Source: Vicugna vicugna (Eukaryota). From it: a stretch of DNA of 64,000 nucleotides. Of this stretch, positions 13,321-25,714 are shown piece after piece (positions within the stretch are counted from its first letter, which is position 1; each line of letters starts with the position of its first letter). The notes beneath the pieces are model-generated. The model saw only the letters and a list, made by a program, of their open reading frames with translations, was not told where the DNA came from and searched no databases. Position numbers and translations under genes: made by a program. The DNA lies in the NCBI GenBank assembly GCA_013265495.1, contig MU058844.1, positions 7,749,260-7,813,259 of the forward strand, in the 5' to 3' direction.

Positions 13321-15749
13321 TCCTAATTTCCCTGCTAGTCCTGCATCATATAGAGAAATATTGCATAGCCTTCTTAATCTGGCACAATTTATTACCCTGC
13401 CTGAGGCAGAGAAATTTCTTACTCCAAACGTACGCACTTAATGGCTGGAAAAGAGTAAGGAAAAGACACTTGGTCTTCACGAAGTAACTTCTCCTGTGCT
13501 AAAAGCATCTCTTCAGGAGAACATGCCATTTAAAATCCTGACTCTTGAGTTACTTTCCATAGTTAACTATTTTGATGCCTAAAATTTACTGCTCTAGTGT
13601 AGATTGACAACTGCGAGTATTACTGAAAATTATTAAGTTTTTTTGGTGAGAGATTTAAGATCAAGTTCAAATATATAAGTTAAGTTTACCTAAAGCAGTC
13701 ATAACACCTTTTTACCTTTGGAACAAGCCATATCACAGTTCATAGTGATTCAGATGCTTAAGTCAGATTATTTTCTACCGTTGACAGTGTAAGAGCTATG
13801 CTTCAAGACAGCTTCTCACGTCCGAAGGCGTGATCTGCTGTGTCAGTGAAGCAGGAGCACTGTCGAAACACATTACAGTGTCTGTGATGTGTCTTCCTGA
13901 CATCGCAGTCTTTTGATTTACATGGACAGGACCTAAAATAAATGAGTGGAATATTCCCCAAGGCATATAATCAATTGCATCTGTTGCAATCCTGGTATTT
14001 CCTTTGCCCTGTTTATACCATTACTGCCTCTACTGAAGCAGTATTATCGTTAAGTGTTTCCATGAATATATCTTGGCATCAGCTCAGAGCACCACTACTA
14101 CGCTACAAACACTTTCAGCCTCAAAGGACCACGGCGGGACTAGCATTACTCCAATACTGTACTGATTGTGATAAATGTTACAAGGGAAAAGAATATGCGT
14201 TTCTTATTGCATTGCTTTGTATTTTTGTGTCTAGTGACACAAAAGCAAACGGTTGTGGGGACAAAAACATCTGTTAACAATGGTGAGGTAATCTTGCTGC
14301 ACTGCAAAATAATGTAAAAATAAATTACTGGATGTTTCTGAACAACATTCTCTGAAGTCTATAAAAATTGGAGGCATCTGACTTTGTTGTAGGAAGATTA
14401 GGAAATATCAGACAGGAAAATGTGCTTTGCATTTGCAACAACATATGGTGGAATCAGACAATATTTGCGCAACACAATGTATTCCTAGAAAATGACTGTA
14501 TCTACATGTACATAGCTTAGTCAATTTACCTTACTGATATGCTCTACTAATTTATATATCCTACATCTAGTTTTGGTATCCAAATAGATGAAAAAAGTTA
14601 AGCTGAAAACAAGAGGGGTTAATATCAATAAGAAAAAAAAAAGATGAAAGAAAAGCTATTATTCTGTAAAACTAAACAATGGAAGTGAAGCCTATTAACT
14701 TTCTAACTTTGCCTGGATGTTTGCTCTCATTTAAAAATAGTATCATATACCTTACAATATGTTTTAGTACATGTAATGGCTCATAAAGAAAGAAAGGTTT
14801 TCACAAAGAATTTTTTTCCTAATTAAAATAAGCCATTATTCAAACCTACATAAGATTTTCCTTGTAAAAATGAAAAAAACCTGGTAATGAAATGATTCCA
14901 TTCATTGCAATCTAAGGGTCCTTTGTATTAAATTTTATACAGAAATAAGATTTTGCTTTTCATGTTGGAAAATATATATTAAGGTTTTATTGCTCTACAG
15001 ATTTTAAAATGTACCCAGTAGCTTACGTTAGATTTAATATGCCTTGGTAAATGCTTACTAAGAAGTGAAGAAAGGAGTGGTTAGAATATTTTTCAAATAA
15101 AAGAAAAAAACTCCAGTCCTAAATGAATGTTTAATTTGTATCCTTAGTTTGAATACCATGGATGTAATGAAATATTTTCTTGAATTTCTGCTTGCATTTA
15201 AGGTGAAAAATTCTCTAAATCAATCAGATTGAATTACCTATCATTATAAACACCTTGCGCTAAAAACTTTCAAAAGTGAACCTAATAGTTATTAAATATT
15301 TAATATTTTAAAAAATTACACAAGTTAGTGTTTTGTTTTAAAAATAAACCTTAGAGGTTTTTAGTTTTTGTTTTATCTTTTCATTTCCAAATCCCGAATG
15401 CATTCAAATATAAGCAAAATATAAGTTCAAAAATACACACGTTTATTAGTGGCAACCTAACAGATCCATTAAAATAAAATTCAAGTGTACAGAAATATAT
15501 ATCTGTCTATAGTGCATTAGGGTTATTTATGGAAAGGGAAAATCTCTGATGTATTAATGTCATCAGTTTCACCACTGTCACATGACTTTATCATTATGAC
15601 ATGACTAAAATGATCCTGTAAAGTTTTGTCATTAATCAGCTTTACATTTTACCCAAAGGCACAACAGGATCATGGAAAGCAGAGACTGGGCAAAGAAGCA
15701 CTGGAGAACCTGCTAATACAGGAGCCCTGACCATCTTATTACATGACTA

Positions 15750-16340
15750 GCAAGCTTAAGTCAGAGCCGCTCAAAACCCTCCAGTGGGTTTCCCATCCCT
15801 CACAGTAAATGCCAAAATCCTTACAATCACCTCCAATATCCTAAGTGATCTGACCCCATTAGTTTCTGACCTTGTACCCTAGACATGCCTCTTGCTTTCC
15901 CTACTGCAGTCCCTCTAGAATCCTAGAAGTTCTAAGAACTGGCCAAGTATGCTTCCGCCTCAGGACTGTGCCCTGGCTCTTCCCTCTTTCTGGAATGTTC
16001 TTGCCACAGTTATCACTAGAGCTAAGACTCTCACCTTCTTCAAGCCTTTGCTGAAGAGATTTTTTTTTCATGGAGACCTCCCCTGCCACTAGCATCTCAC
16101 CTAACAACCTCTGAGCACTCCTCCCCTCCTCTTCTGTTTATTTCTCTCTAATATACTGTACACCTTATAATTCACTACCTAGTTTCCTTAGGTTTTAACT
16201 TGTCTCCTCATTTCCCCACTGGAATGTCAGCTCTTTAATAATGGGGATTTAAAGTGGAGGGCATCTGTGTTTTACCCTCTCATACTCCCAGCACATTTGG
16301 CACAGGGTAGACACTCATAAAATATCCTGTAGGATGTTGA
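15750..16340 (+). mobile_element. L2 3' region
   Basis: gctcaaaaccctccagtgggtttccca...cctcaggactgtgccctggctcttccctctttctggaatgttctt...ggcacagggtagacactcataaaatat. Confidence 0.85.
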
Positions 16341-18367
16341 ACTGGGAAGATTGTGAAATACAGAATCAAATTTGAGAATCAAAAGGCATTTTATTTTCTT
16401 ACTGATGGGCACACCAGAGGATGGCTTTTTATGAAGCATATCTGAAGATGCAGGATACTGATTTTCCTTTATTGTTACTTCCTAGATGACCAAATCTTGA
16501 GACCAAGTTGCTGTATTTTAAATGATGAAAATACTGTTACAACAAAGCCTGGGCTGTGAAATTCTGTGACTTCAGGTTTTACCCTTTATTCTGTCACTGG
16601 CAGAAAGTGGATTATACCTGAGATTATACCTTCCAGCCACTAAAGAATACTTTACCAAGATACTGATTTCTGAAAGCTGTTGTACAGGGATTTTTGTGAT
16701 ATACAAAGGGCTTACAATCCAAAAGATAACCTACATACATGAGTACTTCCATTCAAGGTTACTGGGCCATTCAGACTCCAGATCATTGAAATAAATAGTA
16801 AGTCAAAAGACAAGAGTATGCTGTGGTATACACTATCAATTTAAAAGAAAAGGTGAAGTTCGTTACACCTTAAGACCTGACTCTAGGATTGAAAAAGATA
16901 AGTTCTATAAATACAATCTTGGATGTTGGAAAAAGATCTAAGAGATCACTTGCCCTGATATTCCTTCCTTTGATAAGTGTCTAGCACATATGAGACAATA
17001 AAGAAATCTTTGAGGAATAAAATAAAGGAAATTGAAGCCAATGATGTGATTGGCCTTAATTCATAGTAAATGGCAGAAGCAGGAATAGAACCAGACCTCC
17101 TGGATTTTCACTCATAGCAAACTAGCTCAATAACTTGAAATAGAAAGCTGATACAAGAATTGTGAGAATTAGTTAATTCTGAAGTATAGACTTACTTTAA
17201 AAAAAAAAGACAATTTTGTCAAAGAAGAAAACAGACGAGAACAATGTTTCCAAAGTTACACAACTTTAAAAAAGTATAAATTCCCTGAAGTCCCATCGTG
17301 GACAAGAAAAATACGAAGAGCAACCTACCTGAGTATTTTTAACATGTATGCCTGGTGATGGAAGGTAAGCTAGTCTGGAAAACAATAAACAATGGCCAGG
17401 TAGTTCCATTTCTTTTGGTCCCACAAGCAATCAGTAATGATAATTAAAAGGCTGCTTTTGCTATCAGATCTGTTATGAAGAGTGAAGAGCCAAAAACTGC
17501 AGGGTTTGCTTCTGGATGAATCCTCACCCACTAGTCCTGAGACAAATGCCTTCTCACTGACATTTGAATATCTTATACTCAAGCCACGGAGGACACATCT
17601 GTTTCTCCCTGCCCCTCAATCTTCCTTTTTCTAAGTTTCTTAGTTCAAAAAAAGTCCTCGGAATCTATAGATAGAAACAAAGTTTAATCTCAAAAAATCT
17701 AAGCTATGTGTAGTTAAGCTTGAGAGTATTAGGAATTCACATTTAGGTGCCAAAATTCAAATATGTAAAGTTACTTTCTCAAATGTAGCATGCTTCTCAG
17801 CAGATGAGTGCTCATTCATAGAGCTATGCTAACTTTAGATTCAAGTTTAAATCTTGTAGAACCTGCATACCTTAATTCAAAGAAAAAAAGATAAAGACCT
17901 ATTAAAACACAAACGGGTTCTAAACAATTTTTTAAAGTGTTGTCTTATAAACTGTTTCTTATGATGAGTATTTCAAGGTTTATTTATTTCTATTTGAAAG
18001 TTTCAAAAGCACTATTGGTTTGTCAAATTGTCATCCTTGATCTTTAGCTCTCCCTTCCTATAGACAAAACACTCCAGAAAAGAAGCGGGGAAAAGTGTCA
18101 GGCAAAATTTTACAATCATCAGCAATAGCATTATCACTGTTCAACACATCAGGTAAGGGGTTAGAATTAATTTCCCTTGATGCCAGGATGATCACAGTAT
18201 AGAAGGACAGCATAGTATAGAAGAGAACATTCAAGAAAAAATTATGAACCAAATAGTAATTTCTTAAAGAAAGGGAGGGACTTTGGAAAAGCTTTTCTGA
18301 AAAGCATGCCAGAATGGACCTTCAGGCAAGTGTCGACAAACTTTAGGAAGTAGAGAGGGTTATGGTT

Positions 18368-18848
18368 TTACCATGGTTATGACTTTCCAACTTCATGGTG
18401 GTGCAAAATCGATATGCATTCATTCAGTAGAAACTGTACTTGAATTTCCAATTTCAGTCTTTTTCCAAGCTAGTGACATGTAGTGCCATACACCTTCCTG
18501 CTGCTGGGTAGAGGCCACAGCTCCCAGACAGCCACGTGATCATGAGAGAAAACCACCGATACCCTTACAACCATTCTGTACGCATACAATTATTCTGCTT
18601 TTCACTTCCAGTACAGTATTCGGTGAATTTCATGAGATACTCAAAACCTTATTATAAAATAGGCTTTGCATTAGATCATTTTGCCAACTATAGACTAACG
18701 TAAGTGTTCTAAATACATTTAAGGTAGGCTAGGCTAAGTGATGATGTTTGGCAGGTTAGGTGTATTAAATTCATTTTTGAGGTACGGTATTTTCAAGTTA
18801 AGAAGGGTTTATCAAGATGTAACCCCATCAGACTTCAAGGAAGATCTG
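18368..18848 (-). mobile_element. Tigger4/MER46-like TcMar DNA transposon
   Basis: taagtgttctaaatacatttaaggtaggctaggctaag...ggttaggtgtattaaat...gggtttatcaagatgtaaccccatc...gatctg matches a reversed Tigger terminus. Confidence 0.8.
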
Positions 18849-20513
18849 TGCAATAAAACCAATGGTCTTTTTCACGTGTGCAGATTCCAGAGTTTGGACT
18901 CCACAGATTCTGACTAAACAGATGGGCCATGTACTTCACAAATCTGTATCCTAATAAATACTTCCCTATTTGGACTAAAAGTTTGGACTTTTCCAACTAT
19001 AATTTAGGCTGTTTAACTCATACGGGATCACTTTTGAAAATTACACAGCAGACTTAAGAAAACAGTGGTGTACTTGGGTAAGTATATATTCCCAGCTGGG
19101 TCCCTCAGTGCCACAAACACTCTTTTCTGCCCAAATTCAGTCCCAAAGATAAATAGAAAATAAAACTATTCACTTTCTGTTTTTGATCCTAATACTAGCA
19201 AAATAACATTTGGCCTGGGCTGACACCTCCTCTTACTAAATCAGAAAAGGCAGTCTCAAAGAAAGATTTTTTTGAGTAATATTCTCTCTGGATCATCCAG
19301 TTCTGACTCCCAATAAAAATCAGAAAGCTTATCTCTTAAAATGCTGATTTCCGTATCAGATGGCTTGTTTGTTGAACAGATTGGACTGAGAGAAAACCAC
19401 TGTGGTCCAATTTGTTCATTTACAAAGATGCTACAAAAAAGGAATGTATTAAGAGTAGAAAGCAAATATGGAGTTATTTTAAGAAAAGTTTTACAAGAAA
19501 CTCCCTTCAACCTCCTCCTTTGGAGGGTAAGCTCATTTCTTCAGTCTGCTCTTTTGTCTATGCTCATGAAACCAGTCAGAGCCATTTCCCTTCCTGAATA
19601 AATCCTAGCTCTTAAGATAGGTGTTCTACAAACATCAAGGGAGTTGGAACAAACGCTCCCTTTTAGCATGCCTTTCCTTTTCACAGCTGTGCTTCTCAGA
19701 AGAGATCAAGCTTTGTCAAAACTCAGGGGACTCATAAGGACTTTTCTTTTCCCTCAGGTCATACTAGATAGATATAAACCAAAACTGGTAATAAGAATCA
19801 AGGATTTCATCAGGTATGGTAAACATACCTTCACCATTCCCATCACAATGTAGACAATGCAACGTTTAAGCGACTGGAAGGAAGCTACTACAGAAACTCG
19901 ATTTGCCTTTAAAAAGTGTGAATACATGACTTAATCTAATGCAAATAATGAAAAGTTCCAATTAAACCTTAATATGGTACTTATTTAAAATACAAGTAAA
20001 CTTAAGAATAAGAAAGCATCTGTGTTGAAATCTCTAGCCTTCAATTAAACATGAAAAAGAGGTTATGAGGAGAAGCAGGATGTTTTAATAGCCAGGGAAC
20101 TATTTGTTCAGAATAGGAAGCATTTACAAAACCACGGTAAAGAGACAGCTTCTAGTTTTAACTTTTTGACTAACTAGCTTTGGGACCTGGAATCTCACTT
20201 ACTTTCTTTAGACCTCACATTCCTTAACTTTAGTGACAGTCTATTACTGAAATCTCTAAGTACTTTAAGTTGAAGATCCTCTCCTTCTAGATTAATCAGA
20301 GAAGGGTTTTTACCGCCAGTTTCACTGAGCAGTTCATAGAAAGCAAAGCCTATTCTGGTGAGCAAGCAAGGAAAAGAAAATAGCTTATAAGAGACTCCTC
20401 AGAATCACTTCAGGGTCTTACTTCCTAAGCCAAGTGACTGGAAATACGTTACATTGATTTAATTTTGACAAAAAAAAATACCCTTCAGCAACTAATAGAA
20501 AGAAAATTTTAGT

Positions 20514-20747
20514 TGAAGGGATAAATTGGGAGTTCGAGATTTGCAAATATTAACCAACATATATAAAATAGATAAACAACAAGTTTTTTCTGTAGAGCAC
20601 AGGGAACTATATTCAATATCCTACAGTAACCTATAATGAAAAATAATATGAAAATGAATATATGTATGTATATATATGACTGCAACTTTATGCTCTACAC
20701 CAGAAATTGATACATTGAACTGACTATACTTCAATTTTTAAAAAAAT
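20514..20747 (+). mobile_element. Artiodactyl-type L1 3' UTR, 5'-truncated
   Basis: agggataaattgggagttcgagatttgc...agcacagggaactatattcaatatc...actgactatacttcaat followed by an A tail. Confidence 0.85.
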
Positions 20748-21149
20748 GTATTCAAAGAGCTCAAGAACTTCAAACAGTTCTTATAAATCGTTTTACTGAT
20801 TTTAAGGTACTTGATTCCAGCAGCTGGATTAAATTATATGAGTAAAAACAGGTCAAATATTAAGCCAGTAAAGCTTTAGGAAAAATAACTTAGGTTTTTA
20901 CATGCCCTCAGTTGTCTGTAATTGAATTATCTCCAAATGTGGAAAGGTTTTCCTGTCCCTCGTATATATTATGAAACATCAAAATGTCAGATTTTTCTGT
21001 CCTTCTTCCCTTACTATCATTAAAATATTTAACTGAAAAAAAAACCTCCTATAGATGAGAACCAAAAAGTCTCATAAATAATTTTTGACTGCTTTAAGAA
21101 TCATTCTAATTATGTAACGTTAGGTGAGTGAACACGTTAGAACCCACGT

Positions 21150-21290
21150 ATCTGCACTCTTCAATGTACAGACGATAAAAAATGAAGCACACTGAGGTAA
21201 AGTGACTTATCCAAAATCAAACACATATTTAGTGACCAAGCACGGGTAATTATGGGTCTACTTACAACTACAGCTCTTCTCTTTCTACTA
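21150..21290 (-). mobile_element. MIR fragment
   Basis: tgtacagacgataaaaatgaagcacactgaggtaaagtgacttatccaaaatc is a reversed MIR core. Confidence 0.6.
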
Positions 21291-22170
21291 CTTGGTCATT
21301 TTCAAGGCTTTATAAATTGGGCAGGGAAAAACAGGTCCTAGTATCTGAAAAGTATGGAAAATACTGCATATTTATTCCTCTTCTCAGAAACTGACTAAGC
21401 TCTAGCAGAAGAAAAATTTTGCTCATTTGATTTTGTTCAATTCAATGTCTTCACTCTTCCTCTGTTACACATTGTCACTGTGTCTATGTATATTGCTACT
21501 TAATATATTATTACATTTGCCATGTGATCCTTAGAGTAGTTTGCCTTAGCCTAGAGCCAAATTTTGTCCTAAAATTGATAAGCCAAAAGAGCGACATGAT
21601 TTTACTAATATTCATCAGTAGACGGTTGGATAAAATATGTGGAAATGGATTTAAAAGATGCTAGACCAGGGAACAAAGAACAAAAGTTTAGATTAGGCCA
21701 AAGTTATCTATGCAATTATACCTATCAGGAATTCTAGACTGAATGTGTTAGAGCAACTGAGCATAGTCTGTTACTTGTTCAACTGATTGCATGAAACTTG
21801 AATTCAGTAATGGCCTAAGCTTAGTAATTGATGTTCTAGAACTTCTTCGGTAAAAAGTAGACAAAAGGATTCAAAGATTTAGGAAGACAAGATTGCTGAC
21901 ACAGATTTCCCATATAAGACCTTGCTATGCATCCCCTGGATGGCTCAGAACACTTCCCTTATCCAAGCACTGAGATATCACTGGGGAAAGAAGCACCAAC
22001 ATGCTTGAAAACTGCAGAGTTCAATGTCCTCTGTAGAACAGTCCTTTGTGTCATCAGACTCATCACCCTACCTGTTAATTGAGAGATGGTCCATTCTGTC
22101 TGCGTGGAGCAATCACAAAACAGATGTAACCTATACTGATCTTTGGAGATGACTGATTCAACACAGGATC

Positions 22171-22761
22171 TGTGTCAGACAGACCCCTGGTGTTCATGTC
22201 TTTGTGTCTTCCCCTTGAGTATGGATGGGGTCCATGACTTACTTTTAACCGACAGAATTCAGCAAAAGTAATGGATGACTCTTTGGTGACTATACATTTT
22301 ATGGCTAAGGCGATGAGTGTTCACTCCCAAGAAATATACACTGTGTCTTGCTAGAAGATAGGCTACAGACTCTCTATATGGTCTTTGATGAAGAAAATGG
22401 TCAGATTGGAAAAGTCCGCAAGTCAAAAAACTGCACGATTCCTCTACGAACCAAGGGCAGCCTCCATCTAACAGCCAGAAGGAAAAAAAAATCTGAGACC
22501 CTCAATAACACACCTGCAAGGAAATGAATTCTTCCAACAATTCCAATGAGTCTGGAAGTGCACTCTGCCCCAGGTAACCTCTAGATGAGAGTATAATCTG
22601 GCTGATACCTTTAGTGCAGCCCTGTGAGTCCCTGAGCAGCACAAGCAACTAAAAACCATGCTCCATCCCCAACCAATGGAAACTGTAAGATGATAGATGT
22701 GTGTTGTTTTAAATGGCTAAGTTTGTGGTAATCTGTTATGCAATAATGGAAAACTAAAACA
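22171..22761 (+). mobile_element. MLT1 (MLT1E/F-like) solo LTR nested in the ERVL
   Basis: Starts tgtg. Ends aactgtaagatgatagatgtgtgttgttttaaatggctaagtttgtggtaatctgttatgcaataatggaaaactaaaaca, the characteristic MLT1 3' end. Confidence 0.85.
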
Positions 22762-23055
22762 GAATTCCTAAGACTGCAATGGACGGGTAGCATCTGAAAG
22801 GCAGGGAGGTGGAGAGGGCTGTATGATCTGAAGAAACAAACAGGAAGACAAGAAGTCTAGGTTGAAGAAAATGAGGTCTCATTTGATTTCACACAATGAA
22901 GAATCAAAGCCCTTTATACATACATATATATATATGAGCGTGTGTGTGTGTGTGTGTGTATACATAAAATCTTCAATGGACTCAAATATAGCGTCACCAT
23001 GGGTGAATTCAAAGACGCAGATGAGTTGTAGCATATCCTTATTTAACTCACTGGT

Positions 23056-23355
23056 TTGTCTTGTCAGAGGATGACTGGATCTTTGATAACTGCAATCAAT
23101 TTTCACAAACTTAACTATTTAGTGACTCCAATTTCAGCTGCTGTTATTCCAGGTATAGTTTCTTTACTCAAAACAAAACATCCCTTGAAACCTGGTATGC
23201 AGTTATGTAATAGAAAAAATAAATTTTTTTTTCCTATCTCAATAAACGTAGACGAACAGAATCAGTTTATTTTCACCTGTCAAGGACCACAGGTAACCTC
23301 TACTGTCCTGTCTCAGGACTGTATCTCTACTCTGTTAAACTTTGTCATAATTTAG
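23056..23355 (+). pseudogene. pol: ERVL reverse transcriptase remnant
   Basis: Translation FHKLNYLVTPISAAVIPGIVSLL...FFPISINVDEQNQFIFTCQGPQVTSTVLSQDCIS parallels the ERVL RT as I recall it (YRKLNQVVTPIAAAVPDVVSLL...FFSIPVHKAHQKQFAFSWQGQQYTFTVLPQGYINS). Disrupted, with no intact YXDD motif. Confidence 0.85.
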
Positions 23356-23894
23356 TTCTCAGAGACCATTATCATCTTACTGATCAGCTGCATTGATAGT
23401 ATCCTGCTCATCGGCTCTAGGGATCAGGAAGTACCCTAGGTATCATGGCAAAGTTGATATATTCCAGACTTGGGAAAAACTCAAGAGAACACAGCAATTT
23501 GTCCTCAGTGAAACAGAAATGTCCTAAGGATGCATTTGCTTAGCAGGACTGCCATGCTTTTTACCACCATCAATAATGGAGGACTTTATGAACGCTTAAT
23601 CATCTCCATGGTATTCTATAAAACATTGCATCTGACTTTGCCACTTATTAAACAGCACAAAGTAAACCAACAGTCTGATGCCCTGAAGACTCATAGTGTT
23701 AGCATATACCTCAACATCCCAAAGTGGCTGGAATTCAAGGTCTCATTGATGAATCAGTTATAGCAACTGGGAGACAGCACCACGTGTAGTTGGGTGCTTT
23801 CCTACATGCTGCAATTTGCTCTGAACCAGTTACCAACTTATGATGAAATTATCAACATAATAAGAATACGTGGAACTTGGAATCAAGAGGTAGA

Positions 23895-24381
23895 CATAAA
23901 GATGTGGTATATTTATACAATGGAATACTACTCAGCCATAAAAACCGACGACATAACGCCATTTCCAGCAACATGGATGCTCCTGGAGAATGTCATTCTA
24001 AGTGAAATAAGCCAGAAAGAGAAAGAAAAATACCATATGAGATCGCTCATATGTGGAATCTAAAAAACAAAAACAAAGCATAAATACAGGACAGAAATAG
24101 ACTCATAGACATAGCATACAGACTTGTGGTTGCCAGGGGGGCAGAGGGTGGGAAGGGATAGACTGGGATTTCAAAATTGAAGAATAGATAAACAAGATTA
24201 TACTGTATAGCACAGGGAAATATACACAAAATGTTATGGTACCTCACAGAGAAAAAAATGTGACAATGAGTGTGTATAACAATGAGTGTTGTCCATGTAT
24301 GACTGAAAAATTGTGCTGAACACTGGAATTTGACACAACATTGTAAAATGATTATAAATCAATAAAAAATGTTTAAAAAAA
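23895..24381 (+). mobile_element. Young 5'-truncated L1 (camelid type) with poly(A) and 10-bp TSD
   Basis: ORF2 C-terminus intact (MWYIYTMEYYSAIK...FPATWMLLENVILSEISQKEKEKYHMRSLICGI*). 3' UTR with aataaa and A tail. Perfect TSD aagaggtaga at 23885-23894 and 24382-24391. Confidence 0.95.
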
Positions 24382-25273
24382 AAGAGGTAGAAATAACAAT
24401 ACTACCTCTCACTATTGCACCCAATAAGACTGGAAAACAATGTTGCTTCCTGTCCACAGAAAGCTGGTTACTTTTTAGGTTTTAGAACTCTGGCTAACCC
24501 CTGAAGACCCAGCAATTATTCCCCGAACTGGAATCTGAGACTGTCACCTGATCATGTTTGGATCCAAATGCCAATGCACCAACAACCAAAAAAAAAAAAC
24601 AAAAAAAACAACAAAAAAAATGCAGTGTCTGGTGAATTTGACTCAATATCATTATCGTCACAAATGAGGAGTGAGGGAAGGGCAGTTTATATCTGATGCT
24701 TCCTAAATTTGCCATAACCAGTAATTAAATGTTAACAGGAGACTACAGCAATCCAATATGGATGGAAAATCACTCTGATTCATGAGGAATGAAGACATGT
24801 GTCCCCACACCAGGAAAATAACCAGACTACCTAAAGTATTAGCTAATGATAAATGGTACATGGGATGAGTCATGGATAAGAAAGTTACAGAACCCAACTA
24901 TGGCCTCATGACCAGTTATAAAAATGAGGATGCAAGTAATTATCTATGTTTTCATTTATATAAAATGTTCTTCCATGTACATACACATTGTATTAGTTAT
25001 GTTGATGATAGTTAACTTTAAATTTTACTCCTTTCATTAAGGACCTCAAGTTAAGACAATAAATAAACCCCAAGGATAATGAACATTACTCACCCAGAGA
25101 CAGAGTCAATGACTGGCGAGCTCTATAGGAAAGGTAAATGTATCTTTCTTTGTACAAGGGAGAGCTACGTCGTGCCAGCCAAAAGCAGTTGATTATTGCT
25201 TTTGCTGTTTGGAAGATTTAGGCTAGATAAAGAGGGGCAGATGGATGAATGCTGTGAAGTCAAAGGAACAGAC

Positions 25274-25710
25274 TGTGCTGGATTTTGTCTGCTGGGCTGT
25301 GGTGTTTACCTAGCATACTTCCATTCCCTCCACATGTCTTCTATGCTGCAGAAGTGACATTTTCACCTCTTCTTACAGCCTGGGATGCAGAGGTAAATTT
25401 GCTTCTGTCAATTAGACGTGCTCGGGGCACACTGAGAAAGCAGAAATGAGGCAGGAAGCATCACCCTGCTGTGGGTTCTCCAGGAAGAAGGTAGTGGAGA
25501 CAGCAGCACTCGGAGTGGTTTATGACGGTGCAGCACCAGCATCCTGATCCCTGAGCTGCAGACACTGCAGTGTGTTCTGGAACTCAGTCCCTCCAGAGGC
25601 AGCCCACTAAATCCAGTTCCTCCAGTACTTCCAGCAATTTGTAACACAAAGTATTACTTAAGCATATTATTATAGTCGTTTCTGTTTAAAATATCTAGAT
25701 TGTTCCAAGC
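25274..25710 (+). mobile_element. ERVL-class LTR (LTR33-like), probable 3' LTR of the preceding ERVL
   Basis: Begins tgtgctgg after a purine-rich tract at the end of the internal region. Ends ttctgtttaaaatatctagattgtt, similar to an LTR33 3' part. Confidence 0.55.
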
Positions 25711-25714
25711 TTAG

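Larger units (their letters stand above)
21540..25273 (+). mobile_element. Decayed ERVL internal region (gag, RT, integrase, dUTPase remnants) interrupted by MLT1 and L1
   Basis: Gag-like aatatgtggaaatggattt...gatgctagaccaggga (about 21635-21672). RT remnant 23056-23355. Integrase-like ctccatggtattctataaaacattgcatctgac (about 23604). dUTPase-like attccccgaactggaatctgagactgtcacctgatcatg (about 24518), which lies after the integrase as in ERVL. Confidence 0.8.

Noticed and set aside
19256..19430. Minus-strand terminal exon (IFVNEQIGPQWF...KKIFL*) after ttttttgtag
   Set aside because: The acceptor is plausible, but the peptide is unrecognised and no partner exon was found.
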